A stretch of DNA of 64,000 nt from an uncultured Acidobacteriota bacterium (GTDB lineage: Bacteria; Acidobacteriota; JAQAZP01). Position 1 is the first letter of the stretch. Every line of letters starts with the position of its first letter. Under the pieces are notes generated by a model. The model was not told where the DNA came from. It worked only from the letters and a program-made list of their open reading frames with translations, and ran no database searches. The stretch covers positions 1,120,001 through 1,184,000 of the forward strand of contig CAWIIB010000009.1 of the NCBI GenBank assembly GCA_963836075.1, read 5' to 3'. The position numbers were made by a program, and so were the translations under genes. Positions 49,479 through 59,900 of this stretch are shown here, in pieces.

Positions 49479-52400
49479 ATGCGAAACACACCGACTCCGC
49501 TCCCCGCAATCTTCATCATCATGATTCTGCTCTTCCCCATCCCGGCCCTGGTCCATGCAGGGCCGGTGATGTCATCTCCGCCGGCGGCAGCGATGCCAGC
49601 CCAGAGCGCCGGCCCCATCGTCTCTCCTCAGGCTGAGATGAAAAGGGGTACGGGTGTGCCGGCCTCGCAATACCTGGAATCGCTGAACCCGCGGCGGCGG
49701 GAGAACGCCGTCATCGAAATCGAGCTGTCGGGTGCGGCTCTGGAAGGGCAGGAGGATCTCGCCGTTCAGGCCCGGGACCAGTGGGCTGCCGGTGGTCACC
49801 GTGAGGCCATCGACCTGCTGCGCAAGCTGGAGAGCAGCGGCGCGGCACCCGCCGTGGGAATTACGTGGCGCTCGCCCCTGCCCGGCGGCGGCGACCGGGC
49901 CTCGGACTCCCGGGTGGGCGACCCCCGGGAGGGGGCGTACAGGATGGCCCTCGACTACCACGACAGCGCCGACCGGCTATTCGTGCTGCTGCTCTGGGAC
50001 ACCGGCTGGACGGTGAACATCTCCCACAACGGCGGCGACTCCTGGTCGGAGACCTATTCGTGGTACAGCGCCAACGGCTGTTTCGACGTGGACGGCGTGG
50101 TGGCCGACGACTACTTCTACGTCGGCTACGTGCCCTACGACACCCAGAACTGGGGCAACCTGCGCCGCTTCAACGAGGCCGACGGCAGCCTGGACAGCAC
50201 CTACGGCTACGACACCGTGGTCAGCGTCTCGCCGAACACCATCCGCGACGTGGCCCTGGCCTCCAACGCTTCGGGCTACGACGACGACCTCTACTACGTG
50301 GCCGCGCTCAACATCGGCGAGGTGGAGTTCGTGGTCGGGGATTCGGACACCGGCGACAACTGGCTCAACGTCGAGACCTACATGACCGACTACGTCGGCG
50401 GCCTCGACGCCTGCGTCAACGCCCACCCTTACTATGACAACCCGATGTTCTCCTATATCTCCAGCGAGGGCAAGGTGAAGATCATGAAGTGGGATTCCTA
50501 CTGGTTCGAGCTGGTGGTGGAGCACTACTACTCGGGCTACATCCTCCGTCCGCGAACCGCGGTGTCCGCTTACGAAAACACAACCATCTGCGCCTACGGC
50601 CACGCTTTCGACAACGGTTACGGTGTCCGCTACGGAGCGAACCTCGACGACGGCTTCACCTTCCAGCGGGCGGCGCTCTCCGAACCGGCGGTGGGGGAGC
50701 ACGACAGCTGGCTGGCCGACGTCAGCGTACGCGACTTCGCCGGCGTGGGTGCGGTTTACCTCAAGGAGACCGGCGGCGGGAGCGCCGACGTCTGGTTCCG
50801 CTGCCTCCCCGGCATCAGCGTGCCGCCGGCGGGCTACGGGGAGTGGGAGGACCCGGTGCGGGTCAACGAGCACGACTCCGACCCCACCGAGCGGCCTGTG
50901 ATCAGCTGGATCCCGCCCACCCCGGTGGGCGACCCCGACGCCTGGGCCTTCGGCATCCTCTACCTCACCGATGACCTGGACGCCGTCCCGTATTTCGACC
51001 GCAAGGACGGCCTGCCGGAGAACGGCGGTGACTGCAGCGACCCGATCGCCTTCACCAGCAGCTCCCTGCCGTTCAGCGACACCAACAGCACCCTGGGCCA
51101 GGGGGACGACTACTTCGACACCTGCATGGGCTCCTACGATGGGGGCCAGGACGTCATCTACAAGCTGACGATGTACAGCGGGCAGTGGGTCAAGGTCACC
51201 CTCGATGCGGCCACCGGCTGGGCCGGGGTGGCCGTCTTCGACGGCTGCCCCGGGGATGCCGGCACCAGCTGCATCGCCCAGGCGACCTCCAGCGCCAACC
51301 CCGACGTGATCGACAAACTGTGGCTCGACGCCGGCACTTACTGGATCATGGTCGACAGCTGGCCGCCGCCGGAAACTTTCAGTTACACCCTCACCGTGGA
51401 GCCGGATCCGCCGGGAAGCGACTGCACCGACCCGATCGCGATCGACCTGCCGGCCCAGCTGCCTTTCCGCGACGCCTATTCCACCTGCGGCCACGGCAAC
51501 GACTATGACGCCACCTGCATGGGCACCTACGACGGCGGCGAGGAGATCATCTTCGAACTCGACGTGGCCGCCAGTATGTGCGTCGACCTGAGCATAGACT
51601 CTTACGACGGCTACACCGGTTTCGCCGTCTTCGAAAGCTGCCCGGCCGACGACCCGGAGTCCTGTATCGCCGTGGCGGGCAGCTCGTCGGACGTAAACGT
51701 CATCGCCGGGCTCCAGCTCGACCCCGGCACCTACTGGGTCATGGTCGACAGCTGGCCCACCCCGACGTGCCACCAGTTCCTGCTCGAGATCCTGGCGTGT
51801 TGCGACGTAGCCTGTCCGCCCGGGGCCACCGACGAAGGCGAGCCCTGCGGCGAGGAGCTGAACGACGGCTGCCTGATCGACGTGCCGGCGTTTCGTCCGG
51901 TGGCCAACGGCGAGACGGTCTGCGGGACGCTCACCGCCAGCGACGGGTACTACGGCACCGACTGGCTGCAGGTGGAGCTCGACGAAACGGCCTCGGTGAC
52001 CCTCGACCTGGAGAGCGAATGGCCGGTGATCGTCGGGCTGGCTGAACTCGAACCGCCCGGGTCGGGCGACTGCGCCGACTGGACCGGCTACGTCGACCCA
52101 TGGGACGTCGTGTGGCCCTGCTCGCCGGAAAGCATGACCTTCGACGCCCTGTCCGCGGGTACCCACTGGTTGCTGGTCTACCCGTATTTCACCCACGGCA
52201 ACGAGTGCGGTTTCCGCAACACTTACGCCGCCACCGTCTCCTGGCCCACGTCGGCACCGACGGTGGACGCGTCGTTCACCTGCGCCCCGGACAGCGGCAT
52301 CGTGCCGTTCCAGACCCTGATGACGGTGGCGCTGGACAACCTCTACCCGCTGCAGATCCGGCGGGTGGCTGGCCGCATCGACATCGAGCTGGCCAACGGC

Positions 52401-52625
52401 AGCAGCTACCCCAACTGGCGGGCGGGCTACACCAACATCCAGCCGGGTGAGACGTTCACCACCAGCTGGGTGCAGAACATCCCGGCGCTGGGCAGCGTGG
52501 TCGGGAACAACACCTTCGGCCTGCTTGCCGAAGACGTCACCCCGCCGCCGTACAACCAGCCGCCGTACGCGCCTTCGGGCGACACGGCCACCGATGTCTG
52601 CACGGTGACGGCTGTTGCTCCCTGA
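49479..52625 (+). CDS. Large secreted protein: BNR/propeller-like region, Cys-rich PPC-like repeats, PYNQPPY-type C-terminal domain
   Basis: AAGGAG RBS, signal peptide, SHNGGDSW Asp-box, two clear DCxDPI...LDxGTYWxMVDSWP repeats. Confidence 0.82.
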   Translation: MRNTPTPLPAIFIIMILLFPIPALVHAGPVMSSPPAAAMPAQSAGPIVSPQAEMKRGTGVPASQYLESLNPRRRENAVIEIELSGAALEGQEDLAVQARDQWAAGGHREAIDLLRKLESSGAAPAVGITWRSPLPGGGDRASDSRVGDPREGAYRMALDYHDSADRLFVLLLWDTGWTVNISHNGGDSWSETYSWYSANGCFDVDGVVADDYFYVGYVPYDTQNWGNLRRFNEADGSLDSTYGYDTVVSVSPNTIRDVALASNASGYDDDLYYVAALNIGEVEFVVGDSDTGDNWLNVETYMTDYVGGLDACVNAHPYYDNPMFSYISSEGKVKIMKWDSYWFELVVEHYYSGYILRPRTAVSAYENTTICAYGHAFDNGYGVRYGANLDDGFTFQRAALSEPAVGEHDSWLADVSVRDFAGVGAVYLKETGGGSADVWFRCLPGISVPPAGYGEWEDPVRVNEHDSDPTERPVISWIPPTPVGDPDAWAFGILYLTDDLDAVPYFDRKDGLPENGGDCSDPIAFTSSSLPFSDTNSTLGQGDDYFDTCMGSYDGGQDVIYKLTMYSGQWVKVTLDAATGWAGVAVFDGCPGDAGTSCIAQATSSANPDVIDKLWLDAGTYWIMVDSWPPPETFSYTLTVEPDPPGSDCTDPIAIDLPAQLPFRDAYSTCGHGNDYDATCMGTYDGGEEIIFELDVAASMCVDLSIDSYDGYTGFAVFESCPADDPESCIAVAGSSSDVNVIAGLQLDPGTYWVMVDSWPTPTCHQFLLEILACCDVACPPGATDEGEPCGEELNDGCLIDVPAFRPVANGETVCGTLTASDGYYGTDWLQVELDETASVTLDLESEWPVIVGLAELEPPGSGDCADWTGYVDPWDVVWPCSPESMTFDALSAGTHWLLVYPYFTHGNECGFRNTYAATVSWPTSAPTVDASFTCAPDSGIVPFQTLMTVALDNLYPLQIRRVAGRIDIELANGSSYPNWRAGYTNIQPGETFTTSWVQNIPALGSVVGNNTFGLLAEDVTPPPYNQPPYAPSGDTATDVCTVTAVAP

Positions 52626-52636
52626 GCCCTGGAACA

Positions 52637-52680
52637 TGGAACCGCCCTCCCACGCCAGCTGAGCGGGGAGGGCGATTCCA
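52637..52680. terminator. Stem-loop after the 49479 gene
   Basis: tggaa.cgccctccc...gggagggcg.ttcca; no T-tract. Confidence 0.45.
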
Positions 52681-52743
52681 CCGGGCCGTTCTTCCAGGAA
52701 CCGACTTACTAGTTGACGGATTGTTTCACGGACGATAATAAAG

Positions 52744-52778
52744 TTGACAATTTATCATAAGCGGCTTATGTTATAAAC
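52744..52778 (+). promoter_or_regulatory. Sigma70 promoter with palindromic operator; probably leaderless mRNA
   Basis: TTGACA-17-TATGTT ending 6 nt before the ATG; CATAAGC-G-GCTTATG palindrome; no RBS. Confidence 0.6.
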
Positions 52779-53072
52779 ATGAATGAAATCAATAAAAATC
52801 TGCGCTCCTATCTCGCTGAAATCGGTCGCCGGGGCGGACGGAAGAGCCGCAGGTCGCTGGGAAGCAGGGAGGCACGGAGAATGGTGTTGATCCGTGAAGC
52901 CCGCAGGGCCTACCGGGAGTTCCATTCCCGCTGCTTCTGGAGCAGCCCCCCTGACTACCGGCCCGGAACTCGCGACGTGGAGTGGATTGCCGCGCAACTG
53001 CGAAAATACGGAGGCGCGGCCGGCTGGGAAAGGGCACGAAAACTGCTATGCCGCTCACCGGAATCCAGATAG
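52779..53072 (+). CDS. Small basic protein, putative antitoxin/regulator
   Basis: IGRRGG and CFWS motifs; overlaps the downstream nucleotidyltransferase. Confidence 0.7.
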   Translation: MNEINKNLRSYLAEIGRRGGRKSRRSLGSREARRMVLIREARRAYREFHSRCFWSSPPDYRPGTRDVEWIAAQLRKYGGAAGWERARKLLCRSPESR

Positions 53073-53905
53073 ACATCCTGGCGCTGCTCGCCGGAAACCG
53101 GAGCGAGGAGAGCCATCTCGCCGGTGCCGCGGCGATTCACATGGCAAGTGCGTCTCCGCGGAGAAGCGGTGATCTCGATCTGTTTCATGATCGAGAGGAA
53201 GCGGTGGCGGCTGCCTTCGGTGCCGACAGCCGGGTTCTTGAAGAACGCGGGTTCGAGGTGCGGACCCAACTGTCCCAGCCCGGGTTCATCAGGGCGCTGG
53301 TCCAGGTTCCCGGAGGAAGCAGCCTGCGTGTGGACTGGGCTCATGATTCCATGTGGCGCTTTCTCCCGCCGGTGAAGCTGCGGGACGCCGGTTATGTTCT
53401 ACATCCCGTCGACCTGGCGGTGAACAAGGTTCTCGCGCTGGCCGGCCGGGACGAGCCAAGGGATTTTGTGGACATCATCTATCTTCACCGCCGGGTGCTG
53501 TCACTGGGTGCGCTCTGCTGGGCCGCCTGCGGTAAAGATCACGGATTGAACCCGGAGATGCTGCTCGATCTGCTGGCGCGGAAAGGCCGGCTGCACCAGG
53601 AAGACCTTGACCGGCTCGACCTCACCGCTCCTTTCCGCCTGTTGGAAGAAATCCCCGCCTACCGCAAGGCCCTGGCGGAAGGAGGGGAGTGGATCCGGAG
53701 TCGGCCCCCGGAGGAGATGGGCTGCATGTATCGCAAGCCGGGGGAGGGGATATTCTTCACACCGCAACCCGGGAACGAGTATGAAGTCCACCGGGGCGCT
53801 CCAGGCGGTGTCCTGCCTGTTTTCGCCGACCGGAAATCGTTATACGATAATCCAGCCGAACGAGAGCAGCTTGAATCCTTCTTCGACCGGCCGGTGGAAG
53901 GGTGA
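53048..53905 (+). CDS. AbiEii-like nucleotidyltransferase (type IV TA toxin-like)
   Basis: LAGAAAI, RRSGDLDLF, NKVLALAGR.EPRDFVD. Confidence 0.75.
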   Translation: MPLTGIQIDILALLAGNRSEESHLAGAAAIHMASASPRRSGDLDLFHDREEAVAAAFGADSRVLEERGFEVRTQLSQPGFIRALVQVPGGSSLRVDWAHDSMWRFLPPVKLRDAGYVLHPVDLAVNKVLALAGRDEPRDFVDIIYLHRRVLSLGALCWAACGKDHGLNPEMLLDLLARKGRLHQEDLDRLDLTAPFRLLEEIPAYRKALAEGGEWIRSRPPEEMGCMYRKPGEGIFFTPQPGNEYEVHRGAPGGVLPVFADRKSLYDNPAEREQLESFFDRPVEG

Positions 53906-53907
53906 GC

Positions 53908-53938
53908 AAAAAAACGGGGCGCCGCTGAACGGCGCCCC
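53908..53938 (-). terminator. Duplicated clpB-type terminator
   Basis: ggggcgccg/cggcgcccc stem plus T7; near copy of 61691..61721. Confidence 0.75.
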
Positions 53939-53967
53939 TCAATGTGCATCGGACAGGACGTTCTCGC

Positions 53968-54190
53968 TTATCCCACCGCTTCGCCCACCAGTTCCTCCTC
54001 TTCCTCGAACTCCGGTTCCGTTGCCGGGCCGGAATCCGCTTCCATGGTGTCTCCGGGCTGGTAGCGGCCCTCGAGGATCGCCATGGCCAGCGGGCCCATC
54101 AGCTCGCGCTGGATCACTCTTTTGAGCGGCCGGGCGCCATACTGCGGGTCGAAGCCCTTCTCGGCCAGCAGGTCCAGGGCATCCTTGCTC
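53968..54190 (-). pseudogene. Duplicated 3' fragment of clpB
   Basis: Aligns to 61751..62009 with a 36-nt in-frame gap; [16 protein letters not shown]. Confidence 0.92.
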
Positions 54191-54338
54191 GGGGCGGTCA
54201 CCGCCTCGTCCTAACCCCGTGGTGAGTTGTGAAGTGCGAGCAGCGTGTGTCTTTTCGGGAAGGGAATACTATTTACAAGCGAAGTCTGAGTGGGACGAAT
54301 GGGAGCCGGCGCGAAGCCCGCGGTTGGTGGTGAGTCAC

Positions 54339-56937
54339 TTACGGCAGATAATCCGGCCGCTGGTATAAGTTACCCGGGGCGATCCGTGCCCCGCCAACAT
54401 AGTCCCCTTCCTCGAAGACGAGGAAACTCTTGCTCTGAACCAGCGTCAACTCTTTCCCATCATAATTGTAGGTTCCGAGATATGCTGGGTTCCCCGGATG
54501 GGGTCCGGGACCGGTGAGGATTTCTGCCACCCGGTCGTTGTCCACATCACCGCAGGCCACGGTGCAGCCCATCGAATGGGGTAAGCTTGGATAGGCGACG
54601 AAGCTGACCCCGGGTATCGCCGCAACCGCCTCGCCGTCGTAGTTCCAGCCCCGAACGTGGGAATTGAAGATTTCGCTCGGCCCCGGTCCCGTGACGATCT
54701 CGTCAATCCCGTCGCCGTCGATGTCGCCGCAGGCCACGTTGACACCCCAGCGCAGGGTGCCATAGGCGAAATAGCTCACCCCGGGGATTGGCGCGGCCGT
54801 TCCCCCGTCCACGTTCCAACCCCGGACATGGGGGCCGAAGATCGCCCCCGGCCCGGCCCCGGTGACAATCTCGTCCTTCCCATCGCCGTCGATGTCGCCG
54901 CAGGCCACGTTGACCCCCCAGCGGTTGGTGCCGTAGGCCAGGAAACTGACCCCGGGAAGCGGCGAGACCGTCTCCCCGCCGTCCCAGCGCCACCCCCGGA
55001 CATGGGGCCCGTATACAGCCCCCGGTCCGGCCCCGGTGACGATCTCGTCCGCACCGTCGCCGTCGAGATCGCCGCTGGAGACCAGCACGCCGTACCGCGG
55101 CGTGCCGTAGGCCTGGAATGCGGCCAGCCGCTGTCCCTGCCGGTCGAGCACCTGCACCAGGGCAGGATGGTATGGTCCCGGCCCCGGCCCGGTGATCAAC
55201 TCGTCATAGCCATCGCCGTTCAGGTCCCCAGTAGCTGACACCAGCCCATAGCCCTGCACCAGGTAGGGAGAGATACGCTCCGTCCATGTCTCGTGGTAGA
55301 AGGCATCATAGAGCCGAAGTTCGGGCGGGTTGGTCTGATAAAATCCCGGCGAGGCCAGGAAAGCGGGTGGATCGAACAGGTTGCCGTCGGAGAGGACGAC
55401 ATAGATCTGGCCGGCCCAATAAGCTCCTGGATCGTCGTCCCGGCTTGCGCCCGGCGCGGAGCAGATCAGATCTATCAATCCGTCTTTGTTCAGATCCTGC
55501 ATCTCGCTCAGCACGGCTACGCCCTAATCCGGTTGGTAGCCAAGTATCTTGAGCGCCGGGGCATCCATGGAGAAGTCGAGGGCCAGGTGAGGCTGGGTAC
55601 TGACGGGAGCCGGGAAGCACGTAGACCACCCCCTCGTCCTGTTGTCGTTCGGCACAACTGAAGGCCGTGAGGACGAGTTCCTCGCACCCGTCGCCGTCCA
55701 TGTCCCCCCCGGTCATGTCATACCCGAGATACGAGACCTCGAAGGTATCGCCGATGATCTCCAGGTCGGCCTGTTCCGTCTCCAGGTCGATGAAGTGCCC
55801 GGGCGGAAAATCCTGCCCGTAGACCACGAAGACCATGCCTCGCCGGTCCGGGATCGTGTCGATCAATCCCGCGTTGAAACAGATGTCTTTGAATCCGTCG
55901 CCGTTCAGGTCGGCAACGCCGACGACGTCACCGGTCGCTGAAGAGTATTCCCGGCCCCTGATCTCGATATCCGGCGTATCCGATGCGAGATTGATCAGAT
56001 GGTCCTTGGGGAAATCGGTCGAGCCGTAGATGACGTAGACCCGGCCGAAATCGTCGCTCCGCCCCCAGCGAGAGCCGGCGACGATGTCGTCGATCCCGTC
56101 GCCGTTGACGTCCCCTGAGGCGACGCTCAGGCCGAGTTGGTCGGCGTACCCCGCCCCGAAGATCGTGATGTCCGCCGGGGTCTGGACGAGGTCGATCACC
56201 TCGGGAGGATCGAAGGACGCTCTCCCGTACACTACGTGGACCGTGCCGGTACCGAACCCCAGGTGGTTCTGCCCGAACAATTCTCCAATGATGATGTCGT
56301 CGATCCCGTCGCCGTTGACGTCCCCTGAGGCGACATCTTCCCCAAGATGGCCATCGTAGCCCGCATCGTCGTGATGGAAAGTGATGTCGGGCGGATCGGT
56401 CGGGATCTGCAAATGTGTCCCGCCGTTCCAGGAACTCGAGCCAAAGTAGCAGTACACTTGATCGTGTGAATAATCAGAGGAGATAAAATCCAAAATCCCA
56501 TCACCATTGAAATCCACTGAGATGAGGGTGTCACCGATATTTCGAGATATTCCCATGACAGGACCACCCATGATGCTGATGTCGGGCGTAGCATAGCGAA
56601 GATCGAGTCGGCTGTTAAGCAAAGGGCATTCATAGTCAAGGAATACGGAGATTTGACCCAAGCCCCCCTGGGCACTCACGATCAAGTCATCTTGCCCATT
56701 TGCATCGAAATCGAACTTGGAAAAATAAGCTACTAAGTCACTCCGTACGGCCCCGATGACCCGCAGGTCACCGTTGATTTCGCCAAGGTCGTAGACGGTT
56801 TGTGCATCGAGTACGGGCGAATGGAGTATGATGAAGCAAAGGAGAAAGGGGTGAAGAAAACGAACTGTTGCTGAAACAAGCTTCCTTTGTGGGACGAGAA
56901 AATGCCGTTTGCAATTCTCAGTCATTCGCATCTTCAT
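54339..56937 (-). CDS. Secreted integrin-alpha/FG-GAP protein with GPHVRGWN C-terminal module (frameshift ~55596, in-frame TAG 55524-55526; possibly a pseudogene)
   Basis: Signal peptide; GDVNGDGIDD...GxVYVxYG repeats; ORFs 55306..56937 and 54339..55514 are halves. Confidence 0.72.
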
Positions 56938-56969
56938 CCCCCCCCTCCAAATGGTATCCGGCGTTGGTA

Positions 56970-59900
56970 TTACTCGAGGGTCTTGAGCATCACTACGTCA
57001 GAGACGAGCAAACGCGATGGTTCTCTTGCTTGCGTACTGCTGCCGGGGACGCTGACCTTGACGATTATCGAATTGAATGCAGGGTCCTCAACCGACACAT
57101 CGAATGTCCCGATTGAAATAAAGCCATCTTCATTTGCTGCGGCGGAATATGCATCAGCATCGCTCTGGTCGATCACCGTGGTGAGCACCGGGCTACCCAG
57201 GTTAGTATCGCCAGCAAGACCGACGAAATAGTCGGTCACGTATACGTCATACTGTGCGGCTGTGGTTGCCAGACTCGAAATGGGAAAGTGAACCATCGCT
57301 TCAATCGTTGCGCTTTCGCCTGAGGTGAAGGTGTAATAGGCACAGGCAGTCGGATCGGAAACGCTCACGACGTCAACATCTCCATTATACCCGGCCGTGT
57401 CATAGCGTTGCCAGCCGTCACCGTACAGCTCGTAATGATCGCCGATGTAGACAGCGGTATCACTGTCTCCGGTTCGGGATGAGCCTCGGCCTTCCTCGCC
57501 GCCATCACCGTTATCAACCTTTTCCTCAAGCCATACCTTGAAGACCATCAGCGCTTTGTCCGGGATTGACAAGTAATCCTGATGCGTGTTGTTTTTATCC
57601 CATGGGCCCCCAATTCTGAGGCCCAGGCCTAGTATTGTTATTATTTCGAGGGAGTAGTTTTCACCGTTATAACTGGGCCCCACACCGAATTCGTCTTCCT
57701 CGATGGAGGGCCAATTGCAGACGGTTGGTTTATCCGGGCTGTGAACGAGTTGCCTGCACACGATATTGCCGGCGCGGACGAGATCGAAGTGCTTGAGGTT
57801 TTGGATGAGGATCCGGACGCTCTTCTCTCTTTCTTTCAGTTCGGAGGGACAACTCCCTGGAAAATTGTCGCAGCCAAAATCTTTTTCGCATATTCCGTAA
57901 TCTCGGTACTCCTGGGCCGTTTCAATCTCATCTATGGATTTCTCTGCCGGATCTCCATTCGGCACGAACCGGGCCAGGTCCAAGACCGTCAGCGAGAGGT
58001 CATCGTTGTTGAGGGCAGTGAAGCACAGGGATTCACCGATCGTTGATGCGTCACCTCGACCGAAATCACCGAAACGCTCGACACGGAGCCCCTGCTCCGG
58101 GACGACGCCGTCATAGGAAACTGTCGCATTGGTGATGGGCCGCCATCCGGACAAGTGGAGCTCCTTGAAAATCCCAGTGAAGCTCTTTCCTGGGGGTGGG
58201 ACAGGGGGAGGGATTGTCTGGTCATCGAACAGGGGGAGAATATGTGATGTAAAGAATACGTCGTCAATGTCACTGAAGATGTTTGAAATCGAGGGCATGA
58301 AGCCCCAGGCAAGAGACATCCACGAAGCTTCGGCAACCAGCTGGATTTCAAAATCGGTATGATTGACAGGGCCCCACAAGTTATCCCAGTTATCGCATTG
58401 GCCAGTGTACTGCCAATTTTCGATGATGCAGTCTCTAATCAATATCTTGCTCAACAACCTGCTCATGTTCTTGTCTCGGGCATTTGTTCGCCTGAAATTC
58501 TGGGAACGAACGGACCGGTTGAACAGGCCGAGGGTGGTTGAGCTTTCGAAGCCGCCGATATCAGAGTGCATAATCCCGTGTTTGGAGGCGCCATAAAGAG
58601 GTTCGTTCGCATTGACGGAGAGAAGTTCTTCGTCGGGTTGCTCGGTTTCAGTTCCATCACCGCTTCCTGGCGTATTTTCGATATTTTCGAGCTCTTCCCG
58701 AAGTCCTTCCATTAGAAGGACGTTTGCCGCAACCTGGGGTATTGCGGGAGAGAGATGGTTGATGCTGTACGTGAGGCTCCCGCCGCTATCGACGAAGAGA
58801 GGCAACCTTGCTGGCGAAAAGTCTAGATGGTTGGCCATGTGCTTCCCATAGAACATGTTATCCAAAGTCATGCCTTTGAGCCCATCATCTGAAAATTCGT
58901 CAATGAGGGATTCGTATGCTCCTGCGATGTATGATCGTTCCGCCTCTATGAGGTCTGCATCGCCGATGTCATCAGATACCGTAAGGCAGGGAAAGAAGTA
59001 TTTTTCTTTGGTTGAGGAGATTCCCGCGAAGGATTCTACATTGTGACCTATCAAGTCAATACAATCAGTGGTAGTTGGGATAGGAATGGTCAACGAATTT
59101 GATTCTTTAGCATCATACAGCAAACTCCATATCGGTCCGAAGTATGGTGGGTCAGTCTGAGGATCATAGTTGTTCTGGTCTTTGTTCGACTGGATGCATG
59201 ATCGATGATTGTGGCTTAGAGAAAGTGGATTGCTCAGATTTATAGGCGAGCAATTGCCAAGAGGATTGTGAAAGGACGAAGTCCATGGCTGTTCATAAAT
59301 CACGGCGTCAACGCCGATGCCATAAAGGAGATCGATAGCTCTTGCGATGTCAGTGTGGTTCTTGTCAAGGAAAAATTCTTGAGTATATCTCAGGCCGTAT
59401 TCATTGGCATTGTTGTTGAAGGTGTTTGAGACTAGTGCGGGTTGACCACCGACGTCTTCGACATATGCCTGATAAAACCCGCCACCATAACTCCATTCGT
59501 ACTCAGAATGGTCATAAAGAAAAGGTCTGGCAAAGTAGTCGCTGCTCTGAAAAAAATCTGTCTGGTATCGATTCGTCGCTTCACGAAACACGGAGGCTTC
59601 AACCCAGTCGGGATTGTCTCCCCGGAACAGGATAAAGCTGAATGGCGTTTCGTTTCTCGTGCCACCTGCATCTTCGGGCAGCAGGCCCAACCTGAATTCG
59701 ACATAGTACCAGCCTGAAAAGGTCTCTTCAGGGTGAAAGACACGATAGCCATAGTGAGAGATCTGGACGGTGTCCGAATCAAGATCATCACCGAAGGAGA
59801 GGCCTCGGCGATAATTGCTCATATTAATCATCAGGGCGCTGTACGGATAGGCGGAAACCTGGATGTTCTCAGAACGCAGTAGGGAAACCTGCTCTCTCGT

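Noticed and set aside
54209-54245. cctaac...gtgag resembling the left half of an attC site
   Set aside because: No complementary GTTRRRY arm and no integrase in the window
55524-55526. In-frame TAG codons here and at 338-340 as possible pyrrolysine or recoding
   Set aside because: Neither gene is of a Pyl-using family, TAG is used as a normal stop elsewhere in the window, and mutation or sequencing error is simpler
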